A stretch of 64,000 nt of DNA, from the NCBI GenBank assembly GCA_964543145.1, contig CAZIWV010000020.1, positions 2,802 through 66,801 of the forward strand, in the 5' to 3' direction. Position numbers and translations under genes: made by a program. Below the pieces are notes generated by a model. That model ran no database searches. It was not told the DNA's origin and was given only the letters and a program-made list of their open reading frames with translations. Shown here piece after piece: positions 37,726-47,480 of this stretch (position 1 is the first letter of the stretch; each line of letters starts with the position of its first letter). Origin of the DNA: an uncultured Pseudomonas sp. Its GTDB lineage: Bacteria > Pseudomonadota > Gammaproteobacteria > Pseudomonadales > Pseudomonadaceae.

Positions 37726-38178
37726 ATGCCCGTAAATGCAGTGGTTGCAAGCGACCTGGATGAGCTGGCGCAGTTGTTTGCTGGTTACCTGGAGTTTTAC
37801 CAAGTGCCTAAGCCGCTGGACGTGATTAGGGAATTTCTTGCCGCTCGTCTGCGCAACGGTGATTCGACCCTGCTGCTGGCCCGTGATGACGCCGGAGTGG
37901 CGCAAGGGTTTGTGCAGCTGTACCCGTTTTTTTCGTCGCTGGCCTTGGCGCCGGCGTTTTTGCTTAGCGATTTGTTTGTTAGCCCCAACGCCCGCCGCCA
38001 CGGTGTGGGCGAGGTGCTGATGAATGCAGCGCGCGCCCATGCCGAGGCCAACGGCGCGTGCGGTCTGCAACTGGAAACAGCGAAAACCAACCTGGCCGGT
38101 CAAGCGTTGTATGAGCGGCTTGGCTATGTGAAAGACGAGGTGTATTTAACCTATTGGCTCAGCGTGCAGCCGACCTAA
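37726..38178 (+). CDS. GNAT family N-acetyltransferase
   Basis: ATG 37726 (GGAG upstream). Acetyl-CoA motif A RRHGVGEVLMNAA, and ..LYERLGY.. near the C-terminus. 150 aa. Confidence 0.85.
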   Translation: MPVNAVVASDLDELAQLFAGYLEFYQVPKPLDVIREFLAARLRNGDSTLLLARDDAGVAQGFVQLYPFFSSLALAPAFLLSDLFVSPNARRHGVGEVLMNAARAHAEANGACGLQLETAKTNLAGQALYERLGYVKDEVYLTYWLSVQPT

Positions 38179-38223
38179 AAGCTGGTGCGCACCAATCGAT
38201 TCAACACCCAAGGAGTTACCCAC

Positions 38224-38742
38224 GTGAACCATTTGGTCCTGACCGTAATAGCCGCAGACCAACCCGGCCTGGTGGAAAAACTCGCCAGCTGCATTTCCAC
38301 CCATGGCGGCAACTGGCTGGAAAGCCGTATGTCGCGCATGGCCGGGCAGTTTGCCGGCATTCTTAAAGTCAGCGTGCCGGCTAACGCTTCTGAGGCGTTG
38401 GTGGCTTCGTTGCAGGCGCTGAACGCCCAAGGTATTCGCGTGTTGCTGGCCGAAGGCGGTAGCGATCCGGAACAAACCTGCAAACCGATTCTGCTCGATT
38501 TGGTCGGCAACGACCGCCCTGGGATCGTGCGCGATATCACCCGGGTGCTAAGCGAGTTGGGCGTCAATGTTGAAAGCCTGGTCACCGATGTAGCGCCGGC
38601 GCCGATGAGCAGCGAGCTGTTGTTTCATGCCGAGGCGGTGTTGGCGGTGCCGCTGAGCGTGACGCTGGAGGTGCTGCAAGCTCGTTTGGAAACATTGGCC
38701 GACGATCTGATGGTTGAGCTAGTGCTGCGCAGCGACGAGTAG
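38224..38742 (+). CDS. gcvR: Glycine cleavage system transcriptional repressor-like protein (GcvR family, two ACT domains)
   Basis: GTG 38224 lies 8 nt after AGGAG. Two ACT-like repeats (LVLTVIAADQPGLVEKLA.. and ILLDLVGNDRPGIVRDIT..). Confidence 0.7.
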   Translation: MNHLVLTVIAADQPGLVEKLASCISTHGGNWLESRMSRMAGQFAGILKVSVPANASEALVASLQALNAQGIRVLLAEGGSDPEQTCKPILLDLVGNDRPGIVRDITRVLSELGVNVESLVTDVAPAPMSSELLFHAEAVLAVPLSVTLEVLQARLETLADDLMVELVLRSDE

Positions 38743-38747
38743 CGGCT

Positions 38748-38808
38748 TGGTGCGCTCAGCACACCCTACGAGCGCACGCTGGTTCGCAGGGTGTGCTGTG
38801 CGCACCAG
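38748..38808. repeat. REP-B family doublet in tail-to-tail arrangement
   Basis: TTGGTGCGCTCAGCACACCCTACGA ..N13.. CGCAGGGTGTGCTGTGCGCACCAG. The order of the arms is reversed relative to the other doublets. Confidence 0.85.
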
Positions 38809-38811
38809 CAT

Positions 38812-39711
38812 TTACAGCGGTGGCAGCTTGGAGCGCTGCAAACTACGCCACGCATCCACGCTGTAAACCGCCAATGCCGTCCAAATAAAGGCAAAGGCGA
38901 TCAGCGTGCTGGAGCTTAAGTGCTCACCAAATAGCAGCACCGCTTGTAGCAGTACCAGGGTTGGCGCTACGTATTGCAAGAAGCCTAGCGCCGCGTAGGG
39001 CAGGTGCCGCGCCGCGGCGTTAAAGCACAGCAGCGGCACCAGGGTGACCGGCCCGGCAGCGGCCAGCCAGAGCAGTTGTGTGCTGGTCCAGAAGCTTGCT
39101 TGCATGCTTACGGCGTCAGGGTTCATCGCCAGCCAAACAATGGCGAACGGCACCAATAACCAGGTTTCCACCACCAGCCCCGGCAGCGCTGCCACTGGCG
39201 CTTGCTTGCGGATCAAGCCGTAAAACGCGAAGGAAAACGCCAGCGCCAGCGATACCCACGGCACATGCCCGGCCAGCCACAACTGCTGGGCCACGCCGAT
39301 GCTGGCCAACGCCACCGCCAGCCATTGCAGGCGACGCAAGCGTTCGCCGAGCAGCAGCATGCCGAGCAGTACGTTGATCAGCGGGTTGATGTAGTAACCC
39401 AGGCTGGCCTCCAGCATACGGCCGTTATTCACCGCCCAGACATACACCAGCCAATTCACCGCAATCAGCGCGCCGCTGGCCACCAGCACGGCAAAGCGGC
39501 GCGGGTTGCTGCGCAGTTCGCTAAACCACTTGGGGTGCTTCCAAACCAATAGCAGCAGCGCGCCAAACAGCGCCGACCACAAAATCCGGTGAGCGATGAT
39601 CTCCAGCGCCGGCACTTGCGCGATGGCTTTGAAGTAGAGCGGGAACAAGCCCCAGATGGTGTACGCGGAAATTCCGAGCAGATACCCGCGACGCGGGTTG
39701 GCGGCTTGCAT
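38812..39711 (-). CDS. rarD: EamA/RarD family transporter
   Basis: 299 aa, ~10 TM helices. N-terminus ..RGYLLGISAYTIWGLFPLYFK is typical of RarD. Confidence 0.85.
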   Translation of the reverse strand: MQAANPRRGYLLGISAYTIWGLFPLYFKAIAQVPALEIIAHRILWSALFGALLLLVWKHPKWFSELRSNPRRFAVLVASGALIAVNWLVYVWAVNNGRMLEASLGYYINPLINVLLGMLLLGERLRRLQWLAVALASIGVAQQLWLAGHVPWVSLALAFSFAFYGLIRKQAPVAALPGLVVETWLLVPFAIVWLAMNPDAVSMQASFWTSTQLLWLAAAGPVTLVPLLCFNAAARHLPYAALGFLQYVAPTLVLLQAVLLFGEHLSSSTLIAFAFIWTALAVYSVDAWRSLQRSKLPPL

Positions 39712-39782
39712 GGGGAAACCTCAGACGACTGGCCGGTCATTCTAGGGGGCTGGCGGCTGACGACCAACCCCTAGGTGGCCGA

Positions 39783-40757
39783 TTAGAACAGCCGCAGGGG
39801 CTCTTCCTGAAGGGCAGACAATTGTTCGCGCAAAATCAATATCTGCTCGCCCCAATAGCGCTCACTGCCAAACCAGGGAAAGCTCATGGGGAACGCCGGG
39901 TCATCCCAACGCCGCGCCAGCCAGGCGCTGTAGTGCATCAGGCGCAGGGTACGCAGGGCTTCAATCAGCGGCAGTTGGCGCGGGTTGAAGTCGTGAAACT
40001 CCTGGTAGCCGTCGACCAGTTCGGCCAGTTGGCTGAGGCGCTCTTGGCGATCGCCGGCAAGCATCATCCACAAGTCCTGCACCGCTGGGCCCATGCGCGC
40101 GTCGTCGAGGTCGACGATATGGAACACCTCATCGCGGCACATCATATTGCCGGGGTGGCAGTCGCCGTGCATGCGGATCGCCTGGTACGGCGTGGCGGCG
40201 TAGATATCTTCCACCCGTTTTAGTGCATCGCGGGCTACTGATTCATAAGCCGGCAACAGGCTTTTGGGAATGAAATTGCCTTCCAGCAAGGTGGTCAGCG
40301 AGTCGCGGCCAAAGTTCTGCACGGTCAATTCATCGCGGTATGCAAACGGCTTGCTCGCGCCAACGCCATGCAGGCGGCCAAGCAGTTGCCCTAGGCGATA
40401 GAGTTGGTCGAGGTTGCCCGGCTCCGGCGCGCGGCCGCCACGGCGCGGGAACAGGGTGAAGCGAAAGCCTTTGTGCTCGAACAGGGTTTTGCCGTTGTGC
40501 AGCAGCGGCGCCACTACCGGAACTTCGCAATCAGCCAGCTCGGCGGTAAAGCTGTGTTCCTCAAGAATCGCTGCATCGCTCCAGCGCGCCGGGCGGTAGA
40601 ACTTGGCAATCAGCGGCTGGCTGTCTTCGATGCCCACCTGGTACACGCGGTTTTCGTAGCTATTGAGCGCCATTACGCGGGCGTCGCTGAGAAACCCGAT
40701 GCTTTCAACGGCATCAAGAACTAGGTCGGGCGTGAGTTCTGCAAAGGGGTGGCTCAT
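39783..40757 (-). CDS. srkA: Stress response serine/threonine kinase SrkA (YihE/RdoA family)
   Basis: Start at M16 (MSHPFAELTPD..). APH-fold catalytic loop HGDCHPGNMM, and IVDLDD. Confidence 0.85.
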   Translation of the reverse strand: MSHPFAELTPDLVLDAVESIGFLSDARVMALNSYENRVYQVGIEDSQPLIAKFYRPARWSDAAILEEHSFTAELADCEVPVVAPLLHNGKTLFEHKGFRFTLFPRRGGRAPEPGNLDQLYRLGQLLGRLHGVGASKPFAYRDELTVQNFGRDSLTTLLEGNFIPKSLLPAYESVARDALKRVEDIYAATPYQAIRMHGDCHPGNMMCRDEVFHIVDLDDARMGPAVQDLWMMLAGDRQERLSQLAELVDGYQEFHDFNPRQLPLIEALRTLRLMHYSAWLARRWDDPAFPMSFPWFGSERYWGEQILILREQLSALQEEPLRLF

Positions 40758-40832
40758 GGTGCGTTCCAGGCGGCGTGGGGCGCCAGTGTACGCCTGGATC
40801 ATGACGCGCGTTGGCTTCGCGCCGTGCTGGGC

Positions 40833-41570
40833 TCAAATGTCGCCGGGTTTCGGTGTGCGTGCCAGGCAATACACATCCACACGCCGGGCGCCGGCTTTTT
40901 TCAGCAGCCGCGCCAGGCTGTTCGCCGTGGCGCCGGTGGTGAGTACGTCATCGACTAGCGCCACGTGCTTACCCTTCACCTGACTCGGGTCGCTCAAGGC
41001 AAAGGCATTGCGCAGGTTGCGTTGGCGGGCGGCGGCGTCGAGGTCTTGCTGGGCATCGGTGTCCCGTTCGCGGCGGAGCACGTGGTGCTGGCTTGGCAGG
41101 TGTAGGTGCGCCTGCAGCCAGTCGGCGAGCATGCCGGCCTGGTTAAAACCGCGCTGGCGCAGGCGTTGTTTGCCCAGCGGTACCGGGAGCAGCAACTCAG
41201 CTCGCGGCAGGCCTTGGGCAAAAGCGTTTTGCAGGTGGTGTGACAAAAGCGTGCCGAGCAGACGTCCCAAAGGCCACTTGCCGTGGTGCTTGAAGCGCGT
41301 GATCAATGCGTCGATGGGAAAGCCGTAGTGCCAGGGCGTGAGTACTTGGTCGAAGTAGGGCGGTTTGTTCTGGCATTCGCCGCAGACCATTGCGCGGGTA
41401 GGCAAGGGCAATGCGCAGATCCGGCACTGCCCCTCCAGCCACGGCAGCTCTGCTTCGCAGGGGGTGCAAATAGGCCGCTCGCCTTTGCAGTGGCCATCAC
41501 ACAGCAAACAGCTTTGTTCGTTATTTAACCAGTTGTAAACCAGCTTTCGTGCATCAGGTTGACAGCGCAT
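40833..41570 (-). CDS. comF: ComF family protein (phosphoribosyltransferase domain)
   Basis: N-terminal Cys pairs (CLLCDG..CTPC, CRIC..CGEC) and PRT motif [14 protein letters not shown]. Confidence 0.8.
   Translation of the reverse strand: MRCQPDARKLVYNWLNNEQSCLLCDGHCKGERPICTPCEAELPWLEGQCRICALPLPTRAMVCGECQNKPPYFDQVLTPWHYGFPIDALITRFKHHGKWPLGRLLGTLLSHHLQNAFAQGLPRAELLLPVPLGKQRLRQRGFNQAGMLADWLQAHLHLPSQHHVLRRERDTDAQQDLDAAARQRNLRNAFALSDPSQVKGKHVALVDDVLTTGATANSLARLLKKAGARRVDVYCLARTPKPGDI
41533..41564. promoter_or_regulatory. Candidate BirA operator (bioO) overlapping the bioB promoter -35
   Basis: TTGTAAACC-N15-GGTTGACA. Imperfect inverted repeat resembling the E. coli bioO half-sites TGTAAACC/GGTTTACA. 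TTGACA at 41559-64 could be the -35 element. Confidence 0.55.
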
Positions 41571-41659
41571 TTAGCTTCCTTAACTATGCCGAACATCCAT
41601 ATCGCGTTTGTGGGCATTCATTTCACCGCCCACCGCATGACTACAAGAAGGATTACCCG

Positions 41660-42718
41660 ATGAGCGCCAGCACTACCCCTAACCTGCGTCACGACTGGTC
41701 CCTCGCCGAGGTTAAGGCGCTTTTTCAACAGCCCTTCAACGACCTGCTGTTTCAAGCGCAAACCGTGCACCGCGCGCATTTCGATGCCAACCGCGTGCAG
41801 GTGTCGACCTTGCTCTCGATCAAAACCGGCGCCTGCCCCGAAGACTGTAAGTACTGCCCGCAATCCGGCCACTACAACACCGGCCTGGATAAGCAAAAAT
41901 TGATGGAAGTGCAGAAAGTTCTGGAGGCCGCAGCGGAAGCCAAGGCCATCGGCTCTACCCGTTTCTGCATGGGCGCGGCGTGGAAGCACCCGTCCGCCAA
42001 AGACATGCCCTACGTGCTGCAGATGGTTAAGGGGGTCAAGGCCCTGGGCCTGGAAACCTGCATGACCCTGGGCAAGCTGGATAAAGAGCAAACCAGCGCC
42101 CTCGCCGAGGCTGGCCTGGACTACTACAACCACAACCTCGACACCTCGCCTGAGTTCTACGGCAGCATTATCACCACCCGCACCTACGCCGAGCGCCTGC
42201 AAACCCTGGCCTACGTACGTGATGCCGGCATGAAGATCTGCTCCGGCGGTATCCTCGGCATGGGCGAGTCGCTGGACGACCGCGCCGGTTTGCTGATTCA
42301 ACTGGCCAACCTGCCTGAGCACCCGGAATCGGTGCCGATCAATATGCTGGTGAAAGTGCAGGGCACGCCGTTGGAGAATGCCGACGACGTCGACCCGTTC
42401 GACTTTATCCGTATGCTGGCCGTAGCGCGCATCTTGATGCCCAAATCCCACGTGCGTTTGTCCGCTGGCCGTGAAGCCATGAACGAGCAGATGCAAGCCC
42501 TGGCGTTTTTTGCCGGCGCCAACTCGATTTTCTACGGCGAAAAACTGCTGACCACCGCCAACCCGCAAGCGGACAAGGACATGCTGCTGTTCAGCCGTCT
42601 GGGCATCAAACCGGAAGAGCGCGAAGAACACGCGGACGAAGTGCACCAAGCCGCTATCGAACAGGCGCTAATTGAGCAGAAAAACGGCGAGCTGTTCTAC
42701 GACGCAGCCTCAGCCTGA
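41660..42718 (+). CDS. bioB: Biotin synthase
   Basis: Start at M38 ([14 protein letters not shown]..). Radical-SAM motif [10 protein letters not shown]. 352 aa. Confidence 0.95.
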   Translation: MSASTTPNLRHDWSLAEVKALFQQPFNDLLFQAQTVHRAHFDANRVQVSTLLSIKTGACPEDCKYCPQSGHYNTGLDKQKLMEVQKVLEAAAEAKAIGSTRFCMGAAWKHPSAKDMPYVLQMVKGVKALGLETCMTLGKLDKEQTSALAEAGLDYYNHNLDTSPEFYGSIITTRTYAERLQTLAYVRDAGMKICSGGILGMGESLDDRAGLLIQLANLPEHPESVPINMLVKVQGTPLENADDVDPFDFIRMLAVARILMPKSHVRLSAGREAMNEQMQALAFFAGANSIFYGEKLLTTANPQADKDMLLFSRLGIKPEEREEHADEVHQAAIEQALIEQKNGELFYDAASA

Positions 42719-42783
42719 CCCTCGATTCACCCGCCGCCACCTGCCCCTGCGGGGGCGGTGGTGGCATGCAAAGATGCCTGCCC

Positions 42784-43956
42784 ATGAGTTTCGATCTCTC
42801 CTCCCGCCTGGCCGCGCGCCGTGCCGACAACCTCTACCGCCATCGCCCGTTGCTGGAAACCCCGCAAGGCCCGCAGGTGGTGGTCGACGGCCAGCCGCTA
42901 TTGGCGTTCTGCAATAACGACTACCTGGGCCTGGCCAATCACCCTGAGGTAATCGCCGCCTGGCAAGCCGGTGCCGAACGCTGGGGCGTCGGTGGCGGGG
43001 CGTCGCATTTGGTGATCGGCCACAGCACCCCGCACCACGAGTTGGAAGAAGCCCTGGCCGCGCTCACCGGCCGGCCGCGTGCGCTGCTGTTTTCCACCGG
43101 CTATATGGCCAACCTCGGCGCCGTCACCGCACTGGTGGGGCAGGGCGATACGGTGCTGGAAGATCGGCTGAACCACGCGTCTTTATTGGATGCCGGCTTG
43201 CTCAGCGGCGCGCGCTTTTCCCGCTACCTGCACAACGACGCCGACAGCTTGTGCCTGCGTATCGCCAAGGCAGAGGGCGATACCTTGGTGGTGACGGATG
43301 GGGTGTTTAGCATGGACGGCGACCTCGCCGACCTGCCGACCCTCGCCGCCACGTGCAAAACCGCCGGCGCCTGGCTAATGGTCGACGACGCCCACGGCTT
43401 TGGCCCGCTGGGCGCCAATGGCGCCGGTATCGTCGAGCACTACGGTTTGAGTATGGAAGATGTGCCGGTGTTGGTCGGCACCCTGGGCAAAGCATTTGGC
43501 ACGGCCGGCGCTTTTGTTGCCGGTAGCGAAGAGCTGATCGAAACCCTGGTGCAGTTCGCCCGTCCCTATATCTACACCACCAGCCAGCCGCCGGCGCTGG
43601 CCTGCGCCACGCTGAAAAGCCTGCAACTGCTGCGTACTGAGCACTGGCGCCGTGAGCACTTGAATAGCTTGATCGCCCAGTTCCGCAAAGGCGCGCTGGA
43701 TATCGGCCTGGAGCTGATGGACAGCTTTACCCCGATTCAACCCATTGTGATCGGCGATGCCGGCCGTGCCGTGCGCCTGTCGCAGATGCTGCGTGAGCGT
43801 GGGTTGATGGTGACCGCCATTCGCCCGCCCACTGTTCCGGCGGGCAGCGCGCGATTGCGGGTGACGTTGTCGGCGGCGCATAGCGAGGCGCAGGTGCACC
43901 AGTTGTTAAATGGCCTGGCCGATTGCTGGGCGTTGTTAGGTGCCGTGGATGCGTAA
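42784..43956 (+). CDS. bioF: 8-amino-7-oxononanoate synthase
   Basis: Start at M7 ([13 protein letters not shown]..). PLP-Lys motif GTLGKAFG. Confidence 0.9.
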   Translation: MSFDLSSRLAARRADNLYRHRPLLETPQGPQVVVDGQPLLAFCNNDYLGLANHPEVIAAWQAGAERWGVGGGASHLVIGHSTPHHELEEALAALTGRPRALLFSTGYMANLGAVTALVGQGDTVLEDRLNHASLLDAGLLSGARFSRYLHNDADSLCLRIAKAEGDTLVVTDGVFSMDGDLADLPTLAATCKTAGAWLMVDDAHGFGPLGANGAGIVEHYGLSMEDVPVLVGTLGKAFGTAGAFVAGSEELIETLVQFARPYIYTTSQPPALACATLKSLQLLRTEHWRREHLNSLIAQFRKGALDIGLELMDSFTPIQPIVIGDAGRAVRLSQMLRERGLMVTAIRPPTVPAGSARLRVTLSAAHSEAQVHQLLNGLADCWALLGAVDA

Positions 43957-44680
43957 CCGACTCGTTTTGCTGCCAGGTTGGGGCCTGGGTAGCGCGCCAC
44001 TGGAGCCGTTGGCGGCGGCCTTGAAAGGTTTGGATGAGCGCTTGCACGTACACATCGAAGCGTTGCCGACATTGGGCTCTAGCGAGCCTGGCGACTGGCT
44101 GGATGAATTGGATGCCACGCTACCAGACGATTGCTGGCTGGGCGGCTGGTCGCTGGGCGGCATGTTGGCCAGCGAGCTGGCGGCGCGGCGCGGCGAGCGT
44201 TGCTGCGGGCTGCTGACGTTGGCCAGCAACAGCAACTTCGTCGCCAGCCAATGGTGGCCGCAGGCGATGCCGGCCGAAGACTTCAGCGCCTTTCTACAAG
44301 GCTGTGAAGCAAACGCCGCCGCCACCCTCAAGCGCTTCAGCCTGCTCTGTGCCCAAGGCGCCGAAGAAGCGCGCAGCGTGTCGCGCGCGTTGGCAGCCGG
44401 CGCGCCGAGCACCTCCCCAGCAGAGCTGCTGCACGGTCTGCATGTGCTGGCCGCCCTCGATACCCGCGCCGCATTGCAGGCGTTTGCCGGTCCGCAGCTG
44501 CATCTCTTTGCTGGCGCTGATGCGTTGGTTCCCGCTGAGGCCGCTGGTGCCTTGCTGGAACTGTTAGCGGATGTAGAAGTGGGCCTGATTGAACAGGCCA
44601 GTCACGCCTTTGTGTTGGAACGCCCACACGAAGTGGCGGCGGCAATCCAGGCGTTTTTGCATGAGTCGGGCGATGACTGA
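43949..44680 (+). CDS. bioH: Pimeloyl-ACP methyl ester carboxylesterase
   Basis: ATG 43949 (AGGTG upstream) overlaps the bioF stop. Alpha/beta-hydrolase nucleophile elbow GWSLGG. Position between bioF and bioC. Confidence 0.85.
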   Translation: MRNRLVLLPGWGLGSAPLEPLAAALKGLDERLHVHIEALPTLGSSEPGDWLDELDATLPDDCWLGGWSLGGMLASELAARRGERCCGLLTLASNSNFVASQWWPQAMPAEDFSAFLQGCEANAAATLKRFSLLCAQGAEEARSVSRALAAGAPSTSPAELLHGLHVLAALDTRAALQAFAGPQLHLFAGADALVPAEAAGALLELLADVEVGLIEQASHAFVLERPHEVAAAIQAFLHESGDD

Positions 44681-45473
44681 CATTTCTGATAGCGCTCTGC
44701 CGGATAAACGTCAGGTCGCCGCGTCCTTTTCCCGAGCTGCCGCCAGCTACGACAGCGTGGCGGAGTTGCAACGCGCGGTCGGCAACCATCTGCTCGACCA
44801 ATTGCCGGCCGCGCTGAGCCCGGCTGACTGGCTGGATATCGGCTGTGGCACCGGCTATTTCACCCGCGCCCTTGGCCAGCGTTTCGCCTCGGCGCCGGGC
44901 ATTGCCCTGGATATCGCCGAAGGCATGCTGGCTCACGCGCAACCGTTGGGCGGCGCCACGCATTTTATTGCCGGCGACGCCGAGCGCCTGCCGCTACGCG
45001 ATAGCAGTCGTGACTTATTGTTTTCCAGCTTGGCGGTGCAGTGGTGTGGCGACTTCACCGCGGTGCTGAGCGAAGGCAAACGCGTGCTGCGCCCCGGCGG
45101 CGTGCTGGCGTTTAGCAGCCTGTGCGTCGGCACCCTGCAAGAGCTGCGCGACAGCTGGCAGGCCGTGGATGGCCATGTGCACGTCAACCGCTTCCGTCAG
45201 TTCAGCGACTACCAACAGCTATGCGCCGACAGTGGTTTGCATCTCCTCAGTCTGAACGTTCAGCCCCATGTGCTGCATTACCCCGACGTGCGCAGCCTGA
45301 CCCATGAACTCAAAGCCCTTGGCGCCCACAACATTAACCCCGGCCGACCCGGTGGTCTGACGGGCCGTGCGCGCATCCTGGCGTTGATCGACGCCTACGA
45401 GCGCTTCCGTCAGCCCCAGGGGCTGCCAGCGACCTACCAAGTGCTGTACGCCGTGCTGCGAAAAGAAGGTTGA
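44673..45473 (+). CDS. bioC: Malonyl-ACP O-methyltransferase
   Basis: ATG 44673 overlaps the bioH stop (ATGACTGA). SAM motif [11 protein letters not shown]. Confidence 0.9.
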   Translation: MTDISDSALPDKRQVAASFSRAAASYDSVAELQRAVGNHLLDQLPAALSPADWLDIGCGTGYFTRALGQRFASAPGIALDIAEGMLAHAQPLGGATHFIAGDAERLPLRDSSRDLLFSSLAVQWCGDFTAVLSEGKRVLRPGGVLAFSSLCVGTLQELRDSWQAVDGHVHVNRFRQFSDYQQLCADSGLHLLSLNVQPHVLHYPDVRSLTHELKALGAHNINPGRPGGLTGRARILALIDAYERFRQPQGLPATYQVLYAVLRKEG

Positions 45474-45474
45474 T

Positions 45475-46158
45475 ATGACTGCTGCATTTTTTATTGCCGG
45501 CACCGATACCGAAGTCGGCAAAACCACCATCGCCGCCGGCCTGCTCTGCGCTGCGCGCCGCCAAGGGCTAAGTACGGCGGCGTGCAAGCCGGTGGCCTCG
45601 GGTAGCGAGGCCACTGCAGACGGGTTACGTAACAGCGATGCCATGGCGCTGCTGGCGCAGTGTTCGTTAGCGCTGAGTTATGACCAGGTCAACCCTTTTG
45701 CCTTCGCCCCGGCGATTGCGCCGCATTTGGCGGCGCGCGAGGCGGGGGTTGAGTTAAGCGCTGCGGTTTTGCTGGCGCCGGTGCGCCATGTGCTTAACCA
45801 TGGCGCGGATTTCACCGTCGTGGAGGGTGCGGGCGGTTGGCGCGTGCCGTTGGGCGACGGCGGTTATCTATCGGATCTGCCTGTGGCCCTTGGTTTGCCG
45901 GTGATCCTGGTGGTCGGCGTGCGCTTGGGCTGTATTAACCACGCGGTGCTGACTGCCGAAGCCATTGCCTGCGACGGCCTGCGTTTGGCTGGTTGGGTAG
46001 CCAATATCGTCGACCCAGCTACCTCGCGTCTGGACGATAACCTCGCCACGCTCACGGCGTTATTGGCTGCGCCTTGCCTCGGCCAGGTGCCGCGCTTGGC
46101 CGATGCCAGTGCCGAAAGCGTCGCTGATCATCTGCACGTGGCGCGTTTAGCGCTATAA
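45475..46158 (+). CDS. bioD: Dethiobiotin synthase
   Basis: P-loop FIAGTDTEVGKT. 227 aa. Confidence 0.9.
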   Translation: MTAAFFIAGTDTEVGKTTIAAGLLCAARRQGLSTAACKPVASGSEATADGLRNSDAMALLAQCSLALSYDQVNPFAFAPAIAPHLAAREAGVELSAAVLLAPVRHVLNHGADFTVVEGAGGWRVPLGDGGYLSDLPVALGLPVILVVGVRLGCINHAVLTAEAIACDGLRLAGWVANIVDPATSRLDDNLATLTALLAAPCLGQVPRLADASAESVADHLHVARLAL

Positions 46159-46249
46159 ACAGTGGCAAACCGATAGCCTTTTGTTTGTACGTTTTTTGAG
46201 CGCGATCTGCTTAAATTGGCGTCAGTAATTTCTCTGTGTGAGGTTGGCG

Positions 46250-46489
46250 ATGGAAATCTCGGGTAGTGCATTCAGCTCCGGGTTAAGCACCGTGCAATCC
46301 GGCCAGCGCCGGATCGAACAGGCGGCATCCGATATCGCAAGCAATACGGTGACGCGCAACTCAGACGCCGCCGATACGGCGGACAATCTGGTGCAACTGA
46401 GCGTCGGTAAAACCGAAGCACAGGCCGGTGCGAAGGTAATTGAAACCAGCGACGAGGTGCTCGGCACCTTGATTGATATCCGCGCCTGA
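46250..46489 (+). CDS. 79-aa protein with flagellar rod-like N- and C-terminal motifs only ('mini rod-like' protein)
   Basis: ATG 46250 follows GAGG. SGLSTVQSGQRRIEQAASDIASN resembles the rod N-terminal motif, and VQLSVGKTEAQAGAKVIETSDEVLGTLIDIRA resembles the rod/hook C-terminal motif. Confidence 0.55.
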   Translation: MEISGSAFSSGLSTVQSGQRRIEQAASDIASNTVTRNSDAADTADNLVQLSVGKTEAQAGAKVIETSDEVLGTLIDIRA

Positions 46490-46556
46490 GTTACGCAGTG
46501 CGCCTGCCCGGTTGAAGTGACCGGGCCAGTTCTATCCCGGGCGCGCAGAGGTGCCC

Positions 46557-47318
46557 ATGCAAATCGGCAGTACTGCGGTTCAGTCCTCATCTACGCAGGC
46601 GTCGCTGCCAGCGCAATTGCGCACGCCTAAGGTCAGCGCTGCTGATGCTTCCTCTTCTTCCCTAACGGCATCGCCAGATACCACGGTCACCTTGTCGGCC
46701 GACGGCACGCGTTTGGCTGCGGCAGATAAAGACGCTGCGGCGCAAAACGCTGACCCGTCGAAAACGACCAGTAAGGCCGAGGAAGCCAACCCACAACAGC
46801 AGCAGCTTGATCGCCAGGCTATTGCCGAATTATCCAGCCGCGATGCTGACGTGCGGTCCCATGAACAGGCGCATGCTTCTGTTGGCGGAGCCTATGCCGG
46901 GTCGCCGAGTTTCACCATGCAGCGCGGGCCGGATGGAAAATCCTATGCCGTGGGTGGCGAGGTGGGCATTGATGTCAGTGCGGTGCCCAATGATCCGGCG
47001 GCAACCATCAGCAAAATGGAAGTGGTGATGCGCGCCGCGTTGGCGCCGGCTGACCCATCTGCTCAAGACCTGCGTGTCGCCGCGCAGGCGCAAGGCTTGG
47101 CCTCTGCCGCGCGTGCCGAACTGGCGCAACAGCGCCGCGCTGATGCCGCTGAGCAAGCCCAGAACAAGCAGCAGGAGAAAACCCAAGCCGATTCTGCCGC
47201 TGGCGATTCGGCCAGCACCGATAACGCACAAAACGCCAGCACATCAGCTTCACTTGAGGTGTATCAATCTATTGCATCGCCCCTCGATACCACGCCGCAG
47301 CTAGTGGCAATCGCGTAA
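46557..47318 (+). CDS. SprA-related family protein (putative HExxH metalloprotease, function unknown)
   Basis: ATG 46557 (AGAGGTG upstream). Low-complexity Ser/Ala/Gln N-terminal half, then [38 protein letters not shown], which is the signature I remember for PF12118. Confidence 0.65.
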   Translation: MQIGSTAVQSSSTQASLPAQLRTPKVSAADASSSSLTASPDTTVTLSADGTRLAAADKDAAAQNADPSKTTSKAEEANPQQQQLDRQAIAELSSRDADVRSHEQAHASVGGAYAGSPSFTMQRGPDGKSYAVGGEVGIDVSAVPNDPAATISKMEVVMRAALAPADPSAQDLRVAAQAQGLASAARAELAQQRRADAAEQAQNKQQEKTQADSAAGDSASTDNAQNASTSASLEVYQSIASPLDTTPQLVAIA

Positions 47319-47336
47319 AGCGCTGTAGGGCGATGC

Positions 47337-47365
47337 TTGACAAGGTGTGGGCGTAAACGTATGTT
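47337..47365 (+). promoter_or_regulatory. Candidate sigma-70 promoter of the first acyl-CoA dehydrogenase gene
   Basis: TTGACA (47337-42), a 17-nt spacer, then TATGTT (47360-65). Confidence 0.5.
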
Positions 47366-47380
47366 TCAAACGCCTGTTTG
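47355..47380. promoter_or_regulatory. Candidate PsrA operator(s)
   Basis: CAAAC-GCCT-GTTTG (47367-80) matches the PsrA palindrome (G/C)AAAC-N2-4-GTTT(G/C). An adjacent half-match AAAC-GTAT-GTTT (47355-66) overlaps the -10 element. Confidence 0.55.
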
Positions 47381-47480
47381 ATTGCTGGGCTGAATCCTAG
47401 CCGCCGGGCAATCGAGAGAGATCTCGCACCAGACCGCCAAGCCGGTCACCCAACTAGGACCCATCGTAGAGGTTACCGCT

